Assembly (NCBI GenBank): GCA_964615565.1
Contig: CAZTPC010000006.1
Coordinates: 1 to 55,322 of the forward strand
Direction: 5' to 3'
Source: an uncultured Candidatus Saccharibacteria bacterium
Lineage (GTDB): Bacteria > Patescibacteriota > Saccharimonadia > Saccharimonadales > AWTP1-31
DNA: 55,322 bases
Shown here: positions 7,647 through 15,969 of the stretch, one piece after another
Layout of the letters: the number at the start of each line of letters is the position of its first letter
Position numbering within the stretch: the stretch's first letter is position 1
Notes under the pieces: model-generated
What the model saw: only the letters and a program-made list of their open reading frames with translations
What the model was told of the DNA's origin: nothing
Database searches by the model: none
Program-made: the position numbers and the translations under genes

Positions 7647-9161
7647 CTACTTAGCGAATTCGATGGCACGAGTCTCTCGGATTACGTTGACCTTGATAGT
7701 ACCAGGGTACTGCATGGTAGATTCGATCTTGGTTGCGATATCACGGGCTAGTTTAATGGCACTGAGATCATCGATGTTCTGTGGCTTCACAAAGACACGA
7801 ACCTCACGGCCAGCACTAATTGCGTAGCTCTTGTCGATGCCGTCAAAACTGTTGGCAACGTTTTCGAGTTCACGCATTCGCTCGGCAAAGTTCTCGGCAC
7901 TGATATTTCGAGCTCCAGGGCGTGAAGCACTGATTGCATCGACAACACGAACAATAACTGCCTCAACACTTGTAGCTTCAACATCGTCATGATGTTGTTC
8001 TGCGGCAAGTGCGACAGCCTCAGGAGCGCCATACTTGCGGAGCATCTCACCACTAATATGGTGGTGCTTGCCTTCCATCTTGTGGGTTAGTGCTTTGCCA
8101 AGGTCGTGTACAAGTGCGGCGTACTTAGTGGTGCGAACATCTGCGCCAAGTTCTTCGGCAATGATACCAGCGATGTGCGCCATCTCGGTTGAGTGTTTAA
8201 GTACGTTCTGCCCGTAGCTAGTACGAAACTTCAGCTCTCCAAGTAGCTCCAAGACTTCTTTAGGGATACCTGGAACACCTACTTCACGGGCTGCGTCTTC
8301 ACCAGCTCGTACAACTTCTTTCTGGACATTCTTCTGTGCCTTCTCAACAACTTCTTCGATGCGTCCTGGATGGATACGTCCATCTTTCATGAGCATTTCC
8401 ATAGTCTGACGAGCTACTTCACGGCGTACTGGGTCGAATGAACTCAGCACAACCATACCTGGGGTATCATCTACCATAATGTCTACGCCTGTTGCGCGCT
8501 GAATAGCTTGAATATTACGGCCCTCTTTACCGATAATACGACCCTTCATTTCGTCGTCAGTTAGCTTCATAGCAGTAATGGTACGTTCTGCAGTTACTTC
8601 ACTAGACATGCGTTCCATAGCCGATGTAATAATTAATGCAGCTTGTTCTTCGGCTGTATCACGAGCTTCGCTCTGAAGTTTTGCGATGAGACCTTTGAGG
8701 TCATTCTTGATGTCTCGCTCGGTCATGGTCATTAGCTTTTCAGCGGCATCTTCTTTTGTAAGCTTAGCCACTTTCTCGAGCTTTTCTTGTTGTTTCTTGC
8801 GGATGTCACGAATTTCATCCTTAAGACCTTCTAGCTCATCCTCTGCCTTACGCAAAGCATCGCTGCGCTTATCTAGCTGATCAAGCTTCTTATCTAAAGA
8901 CTCCTGGCGTTCGAGTAGTCGCTGTTCGATCTCCTTTACCTCACGGCGTCGGGTCTGTTCTTCTTTACGAGCATTCTCAGCCAATCGATTTGCTTCTTCG
9001 CGCGCATCGCTGATCTGCTTCTCGGCTTCTTTTTTGGCCTTCTTCAGCTCTTTATCGGCAGCGTCTTGTGCTGTCCCTAGCTTACGTTTAGTTATGGTCG
9101 TACTAGCTCCAAAGCCAATACCAAGACCAACCACTGCTAGTACAATGGAAATTGGGTCCAT
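7647..9161 (-). CDS. rny: ribonuclease Y
   Basis: N-terminal TM helix, long K/E-rich coiled coil, KH domain ('IIGKEGRNI') and HD domain ('HDLGK...HH'). Confidence 0.95.
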   Translation of the reverse strand: MDPISIVLAVVGLGIGFGASTTITKRKLGTAQDAADKELKKAKKEAEKQISDAREEANRLAENARKEEQTRRREVKEIEQRLLERQESLDKKLDQLDKRSDALRKAEDELEGLKDEIRDIRKKQQEKLEKVAKLTKEDAAEKLMTMTERDIKNDLKGLIAKLQSEARDTAEEQAALIITSAMERMSSEVTAERTITAMKLTDDEMKGRIIGKEGRNIQAIQRATGVDIMVDDTPGMVVLSSFDPVRREVARQTMEMLMKDGRIHPGRIEEVVEKAQKNVQKEVVRAGEDAAREVGVPGIPKEVLELLGELKFRTSYGQNVLKHSTEMAHIAGIIAEELGADVRTTKYAALVHDLGKALTHKMEGKHHHISGEMLRKYGAPEAVALAAEQHHDDVEATSVEAVIVRVVDAISASRPGARNISAENFAERMRELENVANSFDGIDKSYAISAGREVRVFVKPQNIDDLSAIKLARDIATKIESTMQYPGTIKVNVIRETRAIEFAK

Positions 9162-9182
9162 ATCGGTTCCTTTCTATCAGTA

Positions 9183-9226
9183 CCGACAACCTGCATCACT
9201 ATCACTTCATTAGCAGTCGTTGTCAG
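9183..9226 (-). promoter_or_regulatory. stable hairpin in the rny 5' UTR
   Basis: Minus-strand RNA forms a 12-bp stem (one G-U pair, 2-nt bulge) with an 18-nt loop, just upstream of the AAGGAA Shine-Dalgarno. A TATAGT box at 9291-9296 would give a leader of about 120 nt. Confidence 0.4.
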
Positions 9227-9343
9227 ATGTTTTATGTATTTCGGTGATTCAGGAATGTTGCTCTCAAACAATCATTACCTTCAAGTACTAACTATACACT
9301 GCAAAAGCCCGACTACACAATTGCCTGCGGATCGATTTTAAAC

Positions 9344-10255
9344 CTAAACTTGTTCGGCAAAAACAGTTACACGCTGGGTGTATTCGCCAGTTTTTGAATC
9401 ATATGGACCAGTGCAAGTCATAAGATTAATACCTGACTTGCCTTCTGTTACGGGTAGTAAGGCAGCCGTCATATCTGTCTTATTGGCGTCACTTACCACG
9501 CTCTTAACAACTTTGTATGTAAACTTCTGGCCATCGCCACGCTCTACCTCGATTGTGTCGCCTGCTTTTAGGTTCTTGATGTTATAGAATACGCCTCGTT
9601 GTGTCGGTCCAGAAACATGGCCATCTAGTAATGTAGCTCCACCTTCACCTGGCTTACTACTGTTCTCGTACCAGCCAGCATTATGCACATTCCCTGGAGC
9701 TTTTAGCGCACCGGTCTTATCGATACCCTGTCGTTGAATTCGAGCGTAAACGCCGATCTTGGAAATACGCACAGTTCGAGGCAATGATGGATCTACTTGG
9801 TAGCTGCGTACCTGTGTCTCGGTTGGTTTTTCTTCGGAAACCTGCTCCTCTTCTGCACGTTGTGTAACTGCAGCAACTTGCGCCTCGACATGTTTATTTG
9901 TCTTAAAGCCAAGTGCAGCTACTGCCATACCAGCGATGAACACCATGCTAGCCATGGCTACTAACAGCTTTTGTCCAAAAGGTTTTCGTTCTTTTTTCTT
10001 TACAACAGTAGGCATGGCCATAATGTTGCGCTGTAGTACCTCAGACCTTTCGAGCCTAGGCTTAACGGGGACAGCAACACTACGTTGGACAGTCTTTTCA
10101 GTGTAGGCAGCTGGTACAGAAGTCTCAACGACGTCGCGAATAACCGTAGGTTGCGCAGTTTGCTTTGGTACGTGTACAAATGGTGTACCGCGACTAAACT
10201 GGCGAAGTCTGCCTACAAAAACTGGATCGTCTAATGTTACTCGTGCTGTGGACAT
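9344..10255 (-). CDS. sortase (class E/F-like), membrane anchored
   Basis: TM helix 'LLVAMASMVFIAGMAVAALGF'. Catalytic region has 'LLDGHVSG' (His) and 'INLMTCTG' (the TLxTC Cys motif). Confidence 0.85.
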   Translation of the reverse strand: MSTARVTLDDPVFVGRLRQFSRGTPFVHVPKQTAQPTVIRDVVETSVPAAYTEKTVQRSVAVPVKPRLERSEVLQRNIMAMPTVVKKKERKPFGQKLLVAMASMVFIAGMAVAALGFKTNKHVEAQVAAVTQRAEEEQVSEEKPTETQVRSYQVDPSLPRTVRISKIGVYARIQRQGIDKTGALKAPGNVHNAGWYENSSKPGEGGATLLDGHVSGPTQRGVFYNIKNLKAGDTIEVERGDGQKFTYKVVKSVVSDANKTDMTAALLPVTEGKSGINLMTCTGPYDSKTGEYTQRVTVFAEQV

Positions 10256-10256
10256 A

Positions 10257-10283
10257 TTTTTTTTGTTTTTTGTTTTTTGTTTG
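10257..10283. repeat. T-rich short tandem tract (T8-G, T6-G, T6-G, T3-G), read as AAAAAAC repeats on the coding strand
   Basis: Direct reading of 10257-10283. It abuts the sortase ATG (10255), which has no Shine-Dalgarno. Confidence 0.8.
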
Positions 10284-10312
10284 AACGAACGGTTTGGGAA
10301 AGGAACTATTTT

Positions 10313-12079
10313 TTATCGACGGGCGCGCTTGGTGGCTGGCTTCATGCGTCGGGACATGATCAGGATAGCGCCGGCAGCAACTGTAGCACCAACTAATGTA
10401 GCCGTAGGATTGTTGGTGATCAGAGAAAGACCAGTGTTTGGCGTACCGGGGATTGAAACCACAGCTAGTTGGAGGTCGTTTCCGTCTCCACCCTTATAGC
10501 TTGCTCGTAGTACGTAGCCGTTTGACTTAAAGGTTGCACCTTCGGCAACTCCCTTTAGGGTTCCTGTGATTGCGTCGGTGCCGTCATTTGCAACAAGCAC
10601 ATACTTACTGCCTGCTTTAGCTTTGTAGTTGTTATAAGTCGATACGCTTACCGAACCGTCTGTCAGGTTCACTGCACCCGTAACTTTAAGTTGGTCATAG
10701 CCAGTGCAAGGATCAACCCCGCCAAGTTCGAAGTCATAGGTACCTTGCAAAGTAAAGTCGTTCGAGTTTAGGCAACCAGGGCTATTACCAGGAGCAACGA
10801 AAGATTCATCATCTACTTTTAGCTTTCCAACTGTTCCAGAGCCCTTAAGCACCGCACCGCTAGAAACATATGTGTCGCCACGCTTGCCGTTCACCGTATA
10901 GCTTGTGTATCCGCTAACACTAACGATTGCAGTCGACTCATCACCTGCAGCAATAGTCTTTGCGCGCCTAATAGGATTGATTGTTGCATTAGCAGTCTTT
11001 GAAGTATTGCTACTTCCCTGTAGGGTAAGTGACGCGTTTCCACCTTCGAGCAGGCCAATATTATAATTACCACTTATCGCGCTTTTAATTGCAATATTCT
11101 TTGTCCATGAGCTTAGTACTACATCGGCACCCAATGTAAGTGTACCGTCTAGAGTGGCACTGCCGTTGATTGGCATGGAGTTAGCCGAAAAGTATTCATC
11201 TGGAGTCACAGCACAAGGGATGAATACGAGCGCATCTTCACAACCGCCACCGCCGCCACCCATGCCACCACCTGTTGGAGGAGGGCAAGTGGTGGAGTTA
11301 ATACTGAGGTTTGAATCACCAGTGCCTGCAGTTGCATTCATTGTTATATTCAAAGACCTAGTCTGACCTTCACAAATATAGACATATAGCACGCCACTAT
11401 TGTTCACAACCACGGAGCCTCCGAAAGCACCTTGGTTAATGTATATATAAGAGCTGCCAGTAACAGTACCCGTATAGTCTGGGCTATCACCTGAAAAACT
11501 AAGCCCGCCTGTTGCTGCAGTAATATTCCCAGACCCAGTAACTGGCCCGTAAAAATTTCCACCGCCATAGCCAGAAAATGTAAGATCATGACTGCCAAGC
11601 GCGATGGTCTTATCGGTAACATCATATGATCCAAACCTTACACTTCCAGATATAGTTAGGTCATCACCAGCAGTGACAGGGAGATTGATTTGCGTATCAT
11701 ATGCAGATAAAGAGGAGTCTGTAATGCCTGTCGTTAGAGTAATTCCATTTCCACTGAGAACGTAATTTGAATCGCCACCACCCTTAGTACCAGAGAACGT
11801 AATGGAGGTAAACGAAGTTCCGGCAGTGAGGTCATTATTAGAAGCAAAACGGGCTGCACTCGCTCCGTAAGGGAACACCAAGCTATCACCTGCAGCAGGT
11901 GCTTCTCCAGTGTCAGTCGCACAGCTCCAGTTGCCGGTTGTGCTCCAGTTTGCATCAGCACCACCACCTGTCCATGTACATGCATCTGCTGCAGCATGCG
12001 CGATCATCGGCGCGAATACAAATAGCGAAGAGATACTCACTAGTATCGCTGAGACCATCGAGAATAGTCGTTTTATCAT
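10313..12079 (-). CDS. large secreted surface protein with beta-helix-type repeats and a C-terminal cell-wall sorting signal
   Basis: Signal peptide 'MIKRLFSMVSAILVSISSLFVFAPMIAHA'. G/S/T/N-rich repeats ('LTLSG..','TGSGNIT') resemble autotransporter-associated beta-strand repeats. Internal 'PPPTGGGMGGGGGGCED'. C-terminus is 'IPGTPNTG' followed by a hydrophobic helix and 'SRRMKPATKRARR'. Confidence 0.8.
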   Translation of the reverse strand: MIKRLFSMVSAILVSISSLFVFAPMIAHAAADACTWTGGGADANWSTTGNWSCATDTGEAPAAGDSLVFPYGASAARFASNNDLTAGTSFTSITFSGTKGGGDSNYVLSGNGITLTTGITDSSLSAYDTQINLPVTAGDDLTISGSVRFGSYDVTDKTIALGSHDLTFSGYGGGNFYGPVTGSGNITAATGGLSFSGDSPDYTGTVTGSSYIYINQGAFGGSVVVNNSGVLYVYICEGQTRSLNITMNATAGTGDSNLSINSTTCPPPTGGGMGGGGGGCEDALVFIPCAVTPDEYFSANSMPINGSATLDGTLTLGADVVLSSWTKNIAIKSAISGNYNIGLLEGGNASLTLQGSSNTSKTANATINPIRRAKTIAAGDESTAIVSVSGYTSYTVNGKRGDTYVSSGAVLKGSGTVGKLKVDDESFVAPGNSPGCLNSNDFTLQGTYDFELGGVDPCTGYDQLKVTGAVNLTDGSVSVSTYNNYKAKAGSKYVLVANDGTDAITGTLKGVAEGATFKSNGYVLRASYKGGDGNDLQLAVVSIPGTPNTGLSLITNNPTATLVGATVAAGAILIMSRRMKPATKRARR

Positions 12080-12169
12080 TGTTTTTCCTTTTTGATATTT
12101 TTGTTTTAGATTGCCTTACCATAAGCGTAAAACTCTGATGGATAGCTGTCAAGTAAAAATGATGTGATT

Positions 12170-12562
12170 TTACTTACGTTGTTGCGTAATGTGAACCGGT
12201 GCCCCGTATTCCGGCAAAGCTACATGATCGTCCTCATCGTTTAGCAGCGTGTCTATGCCGTCTATTATCCAGTCTTCACCTGTACCGCTCGTGATAGCTG
12301 CTGGCAAACTTGATGCCAAAGCGTTTGCAACACTAAGGCCGATACGCAGTCCCGTAAAACTACCAGGTCCTTTGTAACAAACAATACCTTCAATATCATG
12401 CCAGTCTTTATTAACAGACTGGAGTAATTGGTTAATTTTAGAGTGTAGAGTTTCTGCTAACTGGCGATGAGCTTCCCACTTTTCTTCAACAACAAGATTT
12501 TCATCATCGAATAAAGCAATCTCTGCCATGGGCTTATCTGTTCGGAGTGTCAGTATCAGCAT
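12170..12562 (-). CDS. tsaB: tRNA t6A biosynthesis protein TsaB (short, N-terminal domain only)
   Basis: 'MLILTLRTD...EIALFD' and 'GPGSFTGLRIGLSVANALA' are the YeaZ/TsaB signature. Only 130 aa. TATAAT at 12570-12575 lies 7 nt upstream of the ATG. Confidence 0.8.
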   Translation of the reverse strand: MLILTLRTDKPMAEIALFDDENLVVEEKWEAHRQLAETLHSKINQLLQSVNKDWHDIEGIVCYKGPGSFTGLRIGLSVANALASSLPAAITSGTGEDWIIDGIDTLLNDEDDHVALPEYGAPVHITQQRK

Positions 12563-12577
12563 AGAGCTGATTATACG

Positions 12578-13705
12578 CTATCGACCACTGTTAGAGGAAG
12601 CGGCGGCGGTACAAGTTGGATCAACTGTGTTCTGAACTCGTCGGTAGATCTGTGACATGCTATCGTCTTGTGTTTCGTCTATGTATGCGTGTGGTGGATC
12701 TATGATAATTCGATCTTCTGGTACGCCGCGCTTGATCAGTTCTGCCTTAACCTTTTCTGAACGAGCATTTGCGAGCTTCTGAGCAGCAGGAGTAGCATTG
12801 TCGGCGCCATAAGTTGTGCCTTCAAGGCGGAATTTCCATTGCTTATTTTCGTTATGCTTGGCAAAATCAGCCCAATCATCATAGACATCTAAGAATGAAT
12901 CTTCGTTTGTAGTGTCTGGCTTAAAGAACATGTCATCGACTTTGTTAAAGGTATACTTTGCTGGATCGTAAGTGCTGTCAAACGTCACAGAGAAAGGCTG
13001 CTTGTCGTAAGAGATCCACTTATAGTCGTCTTGTTCCAAGCAGGCCAGCGCAGCACCGGTGTCTGTCTTGGTAGTTGTCGTATCGGTCTTGCTTGAGCTA
13101 TCACTAGTCGAGCTCGCAACTAACTTAAGTTGTTGGGTATCATACACAAACCCATCTAGATACCATTTACCTGAAACGTTTATCATCTCGGTCCGGGCAG
13201 ACTTATAGTCGCCGCCGCTCAGATCATACAAAGCATAGAATTTATCGTTTTGTTTTGTTGCATCTTTAAGCTTATAGCTTCCCTTCACCTTGCTAGCAGC
13301 AGCTTCGAGGAATGTCTTATCTTCACTATCGCCACCGTTTTGTACAAAGGTCAGGGCAGTTTTGGTGTCGTTAGTTGTAATAGCTTTCATAAAGCCGTCC
13401 GAGCGAGAAGTTGCCTGAAGCACAGAGATAGCTGGCAATAGAATGAGTAGGCCAAGGATAACAATAACTGCAACGACAGCTACGATAATCCCGATAATCA
13501 ATCCTTTTTTACTTCCACCGCTCGCTGGAGCTTGTCCTGGGGCGAGAGGTTGCACCATGCCTGGCATTGGCGCCTGTGGAGATAAGGGAGCTGGTGGTTG
13601 CATCCCAGGAGCAGGTGCTGCTGGTGTAGCCGGAGCAACCGGAGGTACCGGTGGCTGCACGGGGTTAACTGGTGGAGTTGGGGCGGCTGGGCTATTTGGG
13701 TCCAT
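12578..13705 (-). CDS. membrane-anchored protein: Pro-rich N-terminus, one TM helix, extracellular domain with OmpA-like C-terminus
   Basis: About 60 aa of P/A/Q-rich sequence, then TM 'LIIGIIVAVVAVIVILGLLILL'. The C-terminal 'ARSEKVKAELIKRGVPEDRIII' resembles the OmpA/MotB peptidoglycan-binding motif. The family call is weak. Confidence 0.6.
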   Translation of the reverse strand: MDPNSPAAPTPPVNPVQPPVPPVAPATPAAPAPGMQPPAPLSPQAPMPGMVQPLAPGQAPASGGSKKGLIIGIIVAVVAVIVILGLLILLPAISVLQATSRSDGFMKAITTNDTKTALTFVQNGGDSEDKTFLEAAASKVKGSYKLKDATKQNDKFYALYDLSGGDYKSARTEMINVSGKWYLDGFVYDTQQLKLVASSTSDSSSKTDTTTTKTDTGAALACLEQDDYKWISYDKQPFSVTFDSTYDPAKYTFNKVDDMFFKPDTTNEDSFLDVYDDWADFAKHNENKQWKFRLEGTTYGADNATPAAQKLANARSEKVKAELIKRGVPEDRIIIDPPHAYIDETQDDSMSQIYRRVQNTVDPTCTAAASSNSGR

Positions 13706-13732
13706 GACCTTCTGATCCTTTCTAGTGTTAAT

Positions 13733-14212
13733 CTAGTTATGCTTTTCTGAGAGGTAGTGTACCAGACCACTTAGGTTATCTGGAATACTGATAGAAAAGT
13801 TACGGCTATCATCACCAGTGCTCGATATGCGAATTGTGACGCGATCGACTGGCAATACATCGTGTACAATATCGGCCCATTCGACAATAGTTACCGTAGT
13901 AGGATCTTGTAAGGATTCTGCCAACTCAAATTCTAAGAGGCCAGCATTCTCTAGCCGATAAAAATCATAGTGTACGATGCGTTTGTTGCCGCTGGAATAC
14001 TCTTTGTTAACCGTAAAGGTTGGGCTAGACACCTTGTCAGTACTTCCAAAGCCTTTAGCAATACCTCTGGTAAGTGTCGTTTTGCCACCTCCCAGGTCGC
14101 TAATCAGTTCAATCACTTCATGCCCTTGCAACTTCTCGCCAATATGCTCACCGAGCTTTTCGGTCTCCTCGGAGCTTGCGGTAGAGATTGATAACGTCGT
14201 ACCGGTATTCAT
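13733..14212 (-). CDS. tsaE: tRNA t6A biosynthesis ATPase TsaE
   Basis: P-loop 'SDLGGGKTTLTRGIAKG', 'SPTF' and 'HYDFYRL' motifs. Start set to the ATG at 14212 because a TACTAT box (14222-14227) lies 9 nt upstream. This overlaps the 3' end of the upstream gene by 65 nt. Confidence 0.8.
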   Translation of the reverse strand: MNTGTTLSISTASSEETEKLGEHIGEKLQGHEVIELISDLGGGKTTLTRGIAKGFGSTDKVSSPTFTVNKEYSSGNKRIVHYDFYRLENAGLLEFELAESLQDPTTVTIVEWADIVHDVLPVDRVTIRISSTGDDSRNFSISIPDNLSGLVHYLSEKHN

Positions 14213-15374
14213 ATGCACCATATAGTACCGCGAGACCGCCAACTCCCGCAATGACTGCGTTGTGAACCGCTGGTACAGCTTGTTCTTTAGCAACCGCTGG
14301 CGTGCTTGTCGCAGCAGCATCGACCTTGCCTTTTTGAGTCTTGCTGGTAGACTTTTTGCTCTTCGCTTTAGGCTTAACGGTCTTCGTAGTTTTTACAGAC
14401 TTCTTGACAGCAGCTTTTGGTTCATGCGTAGTGGCCGCATTTTTGTTTATAATTTGGTTTGCAGCGCCTGGCGAAGGCACAGTCGTCCATTGCCAACCTA
14501 GACCATCCCGTGCCCATGCCGAGCCAGTTAGTGCTTTTGGGTATACAAGCTCATCTACAACATCTCCCTTCGGGTTTTGTAGTTGAATCGTTGCCCCGTT
14601 ATTACGTAAGCTGAGCTTAGTTTGTGGAGCATAAAATACCACATAGTTACCTGGGCTCACTGATTGATCGGGCAAGATGAACGACTTTAATCCGACACGT
14701 ATCTTCCAGCCAGCAAACGTACCTATCTGAGTTCCGATTACATGTATTTCGATGTACTCACCAGTGGAATCGAGTACTGGAGCCACAGGATCAGGTAACA
14801 CCTCGGATAACTCTAGTTCTATACTCGATAAACCACTATATACGGCGTCCGAAAAGTCATTGCTAGAATTATCGGTATCAATATATTCGCCGTTCTTTGA
14901 TTGTCTACGCATTGGTGTGCCGGCTGCCGGCGCCAGAGCAGGCGTGCCCATCGCCGCAGACCCCCAGCTAACCATACCCAGCTGAGAACCTGCACCGACA
15001 AGTCGCAAGTGCCCGCCACTTGCCGCAAGCGTCGGGGAATATATTTGGTCTACCGGTAGCCCAGAGTATTCTGCCGTTGCCAAAACATACGTTTCGCGAG
15101 GATTAATGCTGCCGCTTAGGGCGATTCGGCGGGTTGGTTTACCGAAAGAAGTAGATGCTGCCGAGTAATATTCGATATACATCCCAGACAGAGACTGCGG
15201 CGTATCAGTAGTATTGGCGATTTCGATATATTCTTCGCTGGCATTAGCAGACCCACCAGTTTGAATAGCGATAATTAAGACTGGTGAGGATGCGGCACTA
15301 GCAGATTGCCAATTACTCACTACTACCAGTAAGCTGATCGAAACCGTAAGTACTACCCCTGTTAACTTGCTCAT
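14148..15374 (-). CDS. secreted protein with two lamin-tail-like (LTD) domains and a C-terminal membrane anchor
   Basis: Two copies of the LTD-like pattern ('EEYIEIANTTDTPQSLSG..', 'SEVLPDP...GEYIEIHV'), a K-rich linker, and C-terminal 'VIAGVGGLAVLYGAY' plus a basic tail. Start moved to the ATG at 15374 (MSKLTGVVL... is a proper signal peptide) with TATAGT (15382-15387) 7 nt upstream. Confidence 0.65.
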   Translation of the reverse strand: MSKLTGVVLTVSISLLVVVSNWQSASAASSPVLIIAIQTGGSANASEEYIEIANTTDTPQSLSGMYIEYYSAASTSFGKPTRRIALSGSINPRETYVLATAEYSGLPVDQIYSPTLAASGGHLRLVGAGSQLGMVSWGSAAMGTPALAPAAGTPMRRQSKNGEYIDTDNSSNDFSDAVYSGLSSIELELSEVLPDPVAPVLDSTGEYIEIHVIGTQIGTFAGWKIRVGLKSFILPDQSVSPGNYVVFYAPQTKLSLRNNGATIQLQNPKGDVVDELVYPKALTGSAWARDGLGWQWTTVPSPGAANQIINKNAATTHEPKAAVKKSVKTTKTVKPKAKSKKSTSKTQKGKVDAAATSTPAVAKEQAVPAVHNAVIAGVGGLAVLYGAYEYRYDVINLYRKLRGDRKAR

Positions 15375-15441
15375 AATTGGGACTATACACCCCAAAATGC
15401 TCGGCATGCAAAAGCGCCTTAGATCTTGCTATACTGGTATA

Positions 15442-15969
15442 GTGTTAGTCCTAACTAAGACCATTATTGATCGCCCCGTGATGAGTCTGCGAACCGGTGG
15501 CCAGGTTGCCACCACAATAAAGCCGCTTATCAACCCAAACAATCTCAAGATTGAGGGTTTTTATTGTGCAGACTCTTTTGAGAAGAAAAAACAGCTTGTG
15601 TTAGTGTATCGAGATATCCGTGAAGTACTGCCTGCCGGACTGGTGATTGATGATCACAGCGTTCTCGCCGAGCCAGAAGAGTTGGTCCGATTTCATAAGA
15701 TTATGGAAATTGATTTTGAACTCATTGGTAAGCCTGTCGTCACCGAACACGGGAAAAAACTCGGCAAGGTCAACGACTACGCCACTGAGCCAGACAGTAT
15801 GATGGTCAAAAAATTATATGTCACACAAACTCTTATTAAGAATCTCACTGGTGGTAGCATTAGCGTCGACCGAACCCAGATTGTAGAGATAACGAACCGC
15901 AAGATTGTCGTTAAGGACCCTTTAGTTCCACTAAAGTCGCCAGCTATTAGTCCTCTTCCGGCAAGCTAA
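15442..15969 (+). CDS. PRC-barrel domain protein
   Basis: 'IIDRPVMSLRTGGQVATTIKPLINPNNLKIEGFYC' and a second similar half fit PRC-barrel/YlmC-like proteins. The start is uncertain. I chose the GTG at 15442 (TATACT at 15430-15435, 6 nt upstream) because the track start at 15367 overlaps the divergent gene. Confidence 0.5.
   Translation: MLVLTKTIIDRPVMSLRTGGQVATTIKPLINPNNLKIEGFYCADSFEKKKQLVLVYRDIREVLPAGLVIDDHSVLAEPEELVRFHKIMEIDFELIGKPVVTEHGKKLGKVNDYATEPDSMMVKKLYVTQTLIKNLTGGSISVDRTQIVEITNRKIVVKDPLVPLKSPAISPLPAS

Noticed and set aside
11154-11366. 70-aa ORF with a poly-Pro run, antisense to the surface-protein gene
   Set aside because: It is the mirror of the poly-Gly hinge of the real gene and has no independent expression signals.
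13443-13715. 90-aa Gly/Ala-rich ORF on the plus strand
   Set aside because: It is the mirror image of the Pro/Ala-rich N-terminus of the minus-strand gene 12578-13705 (CCN codons read as GGN), so it is an artefact of low-complexity sequence.
15375-15407. 11-codon N-terminal extension of the LTD protein and the overlapping 15367 start of the PRC-barrel gene
   Set aside because: Both extensions run through the divergent promoter region. The shorter starts give a canonical signal peptide and a non-overlapping divergent gene pair.
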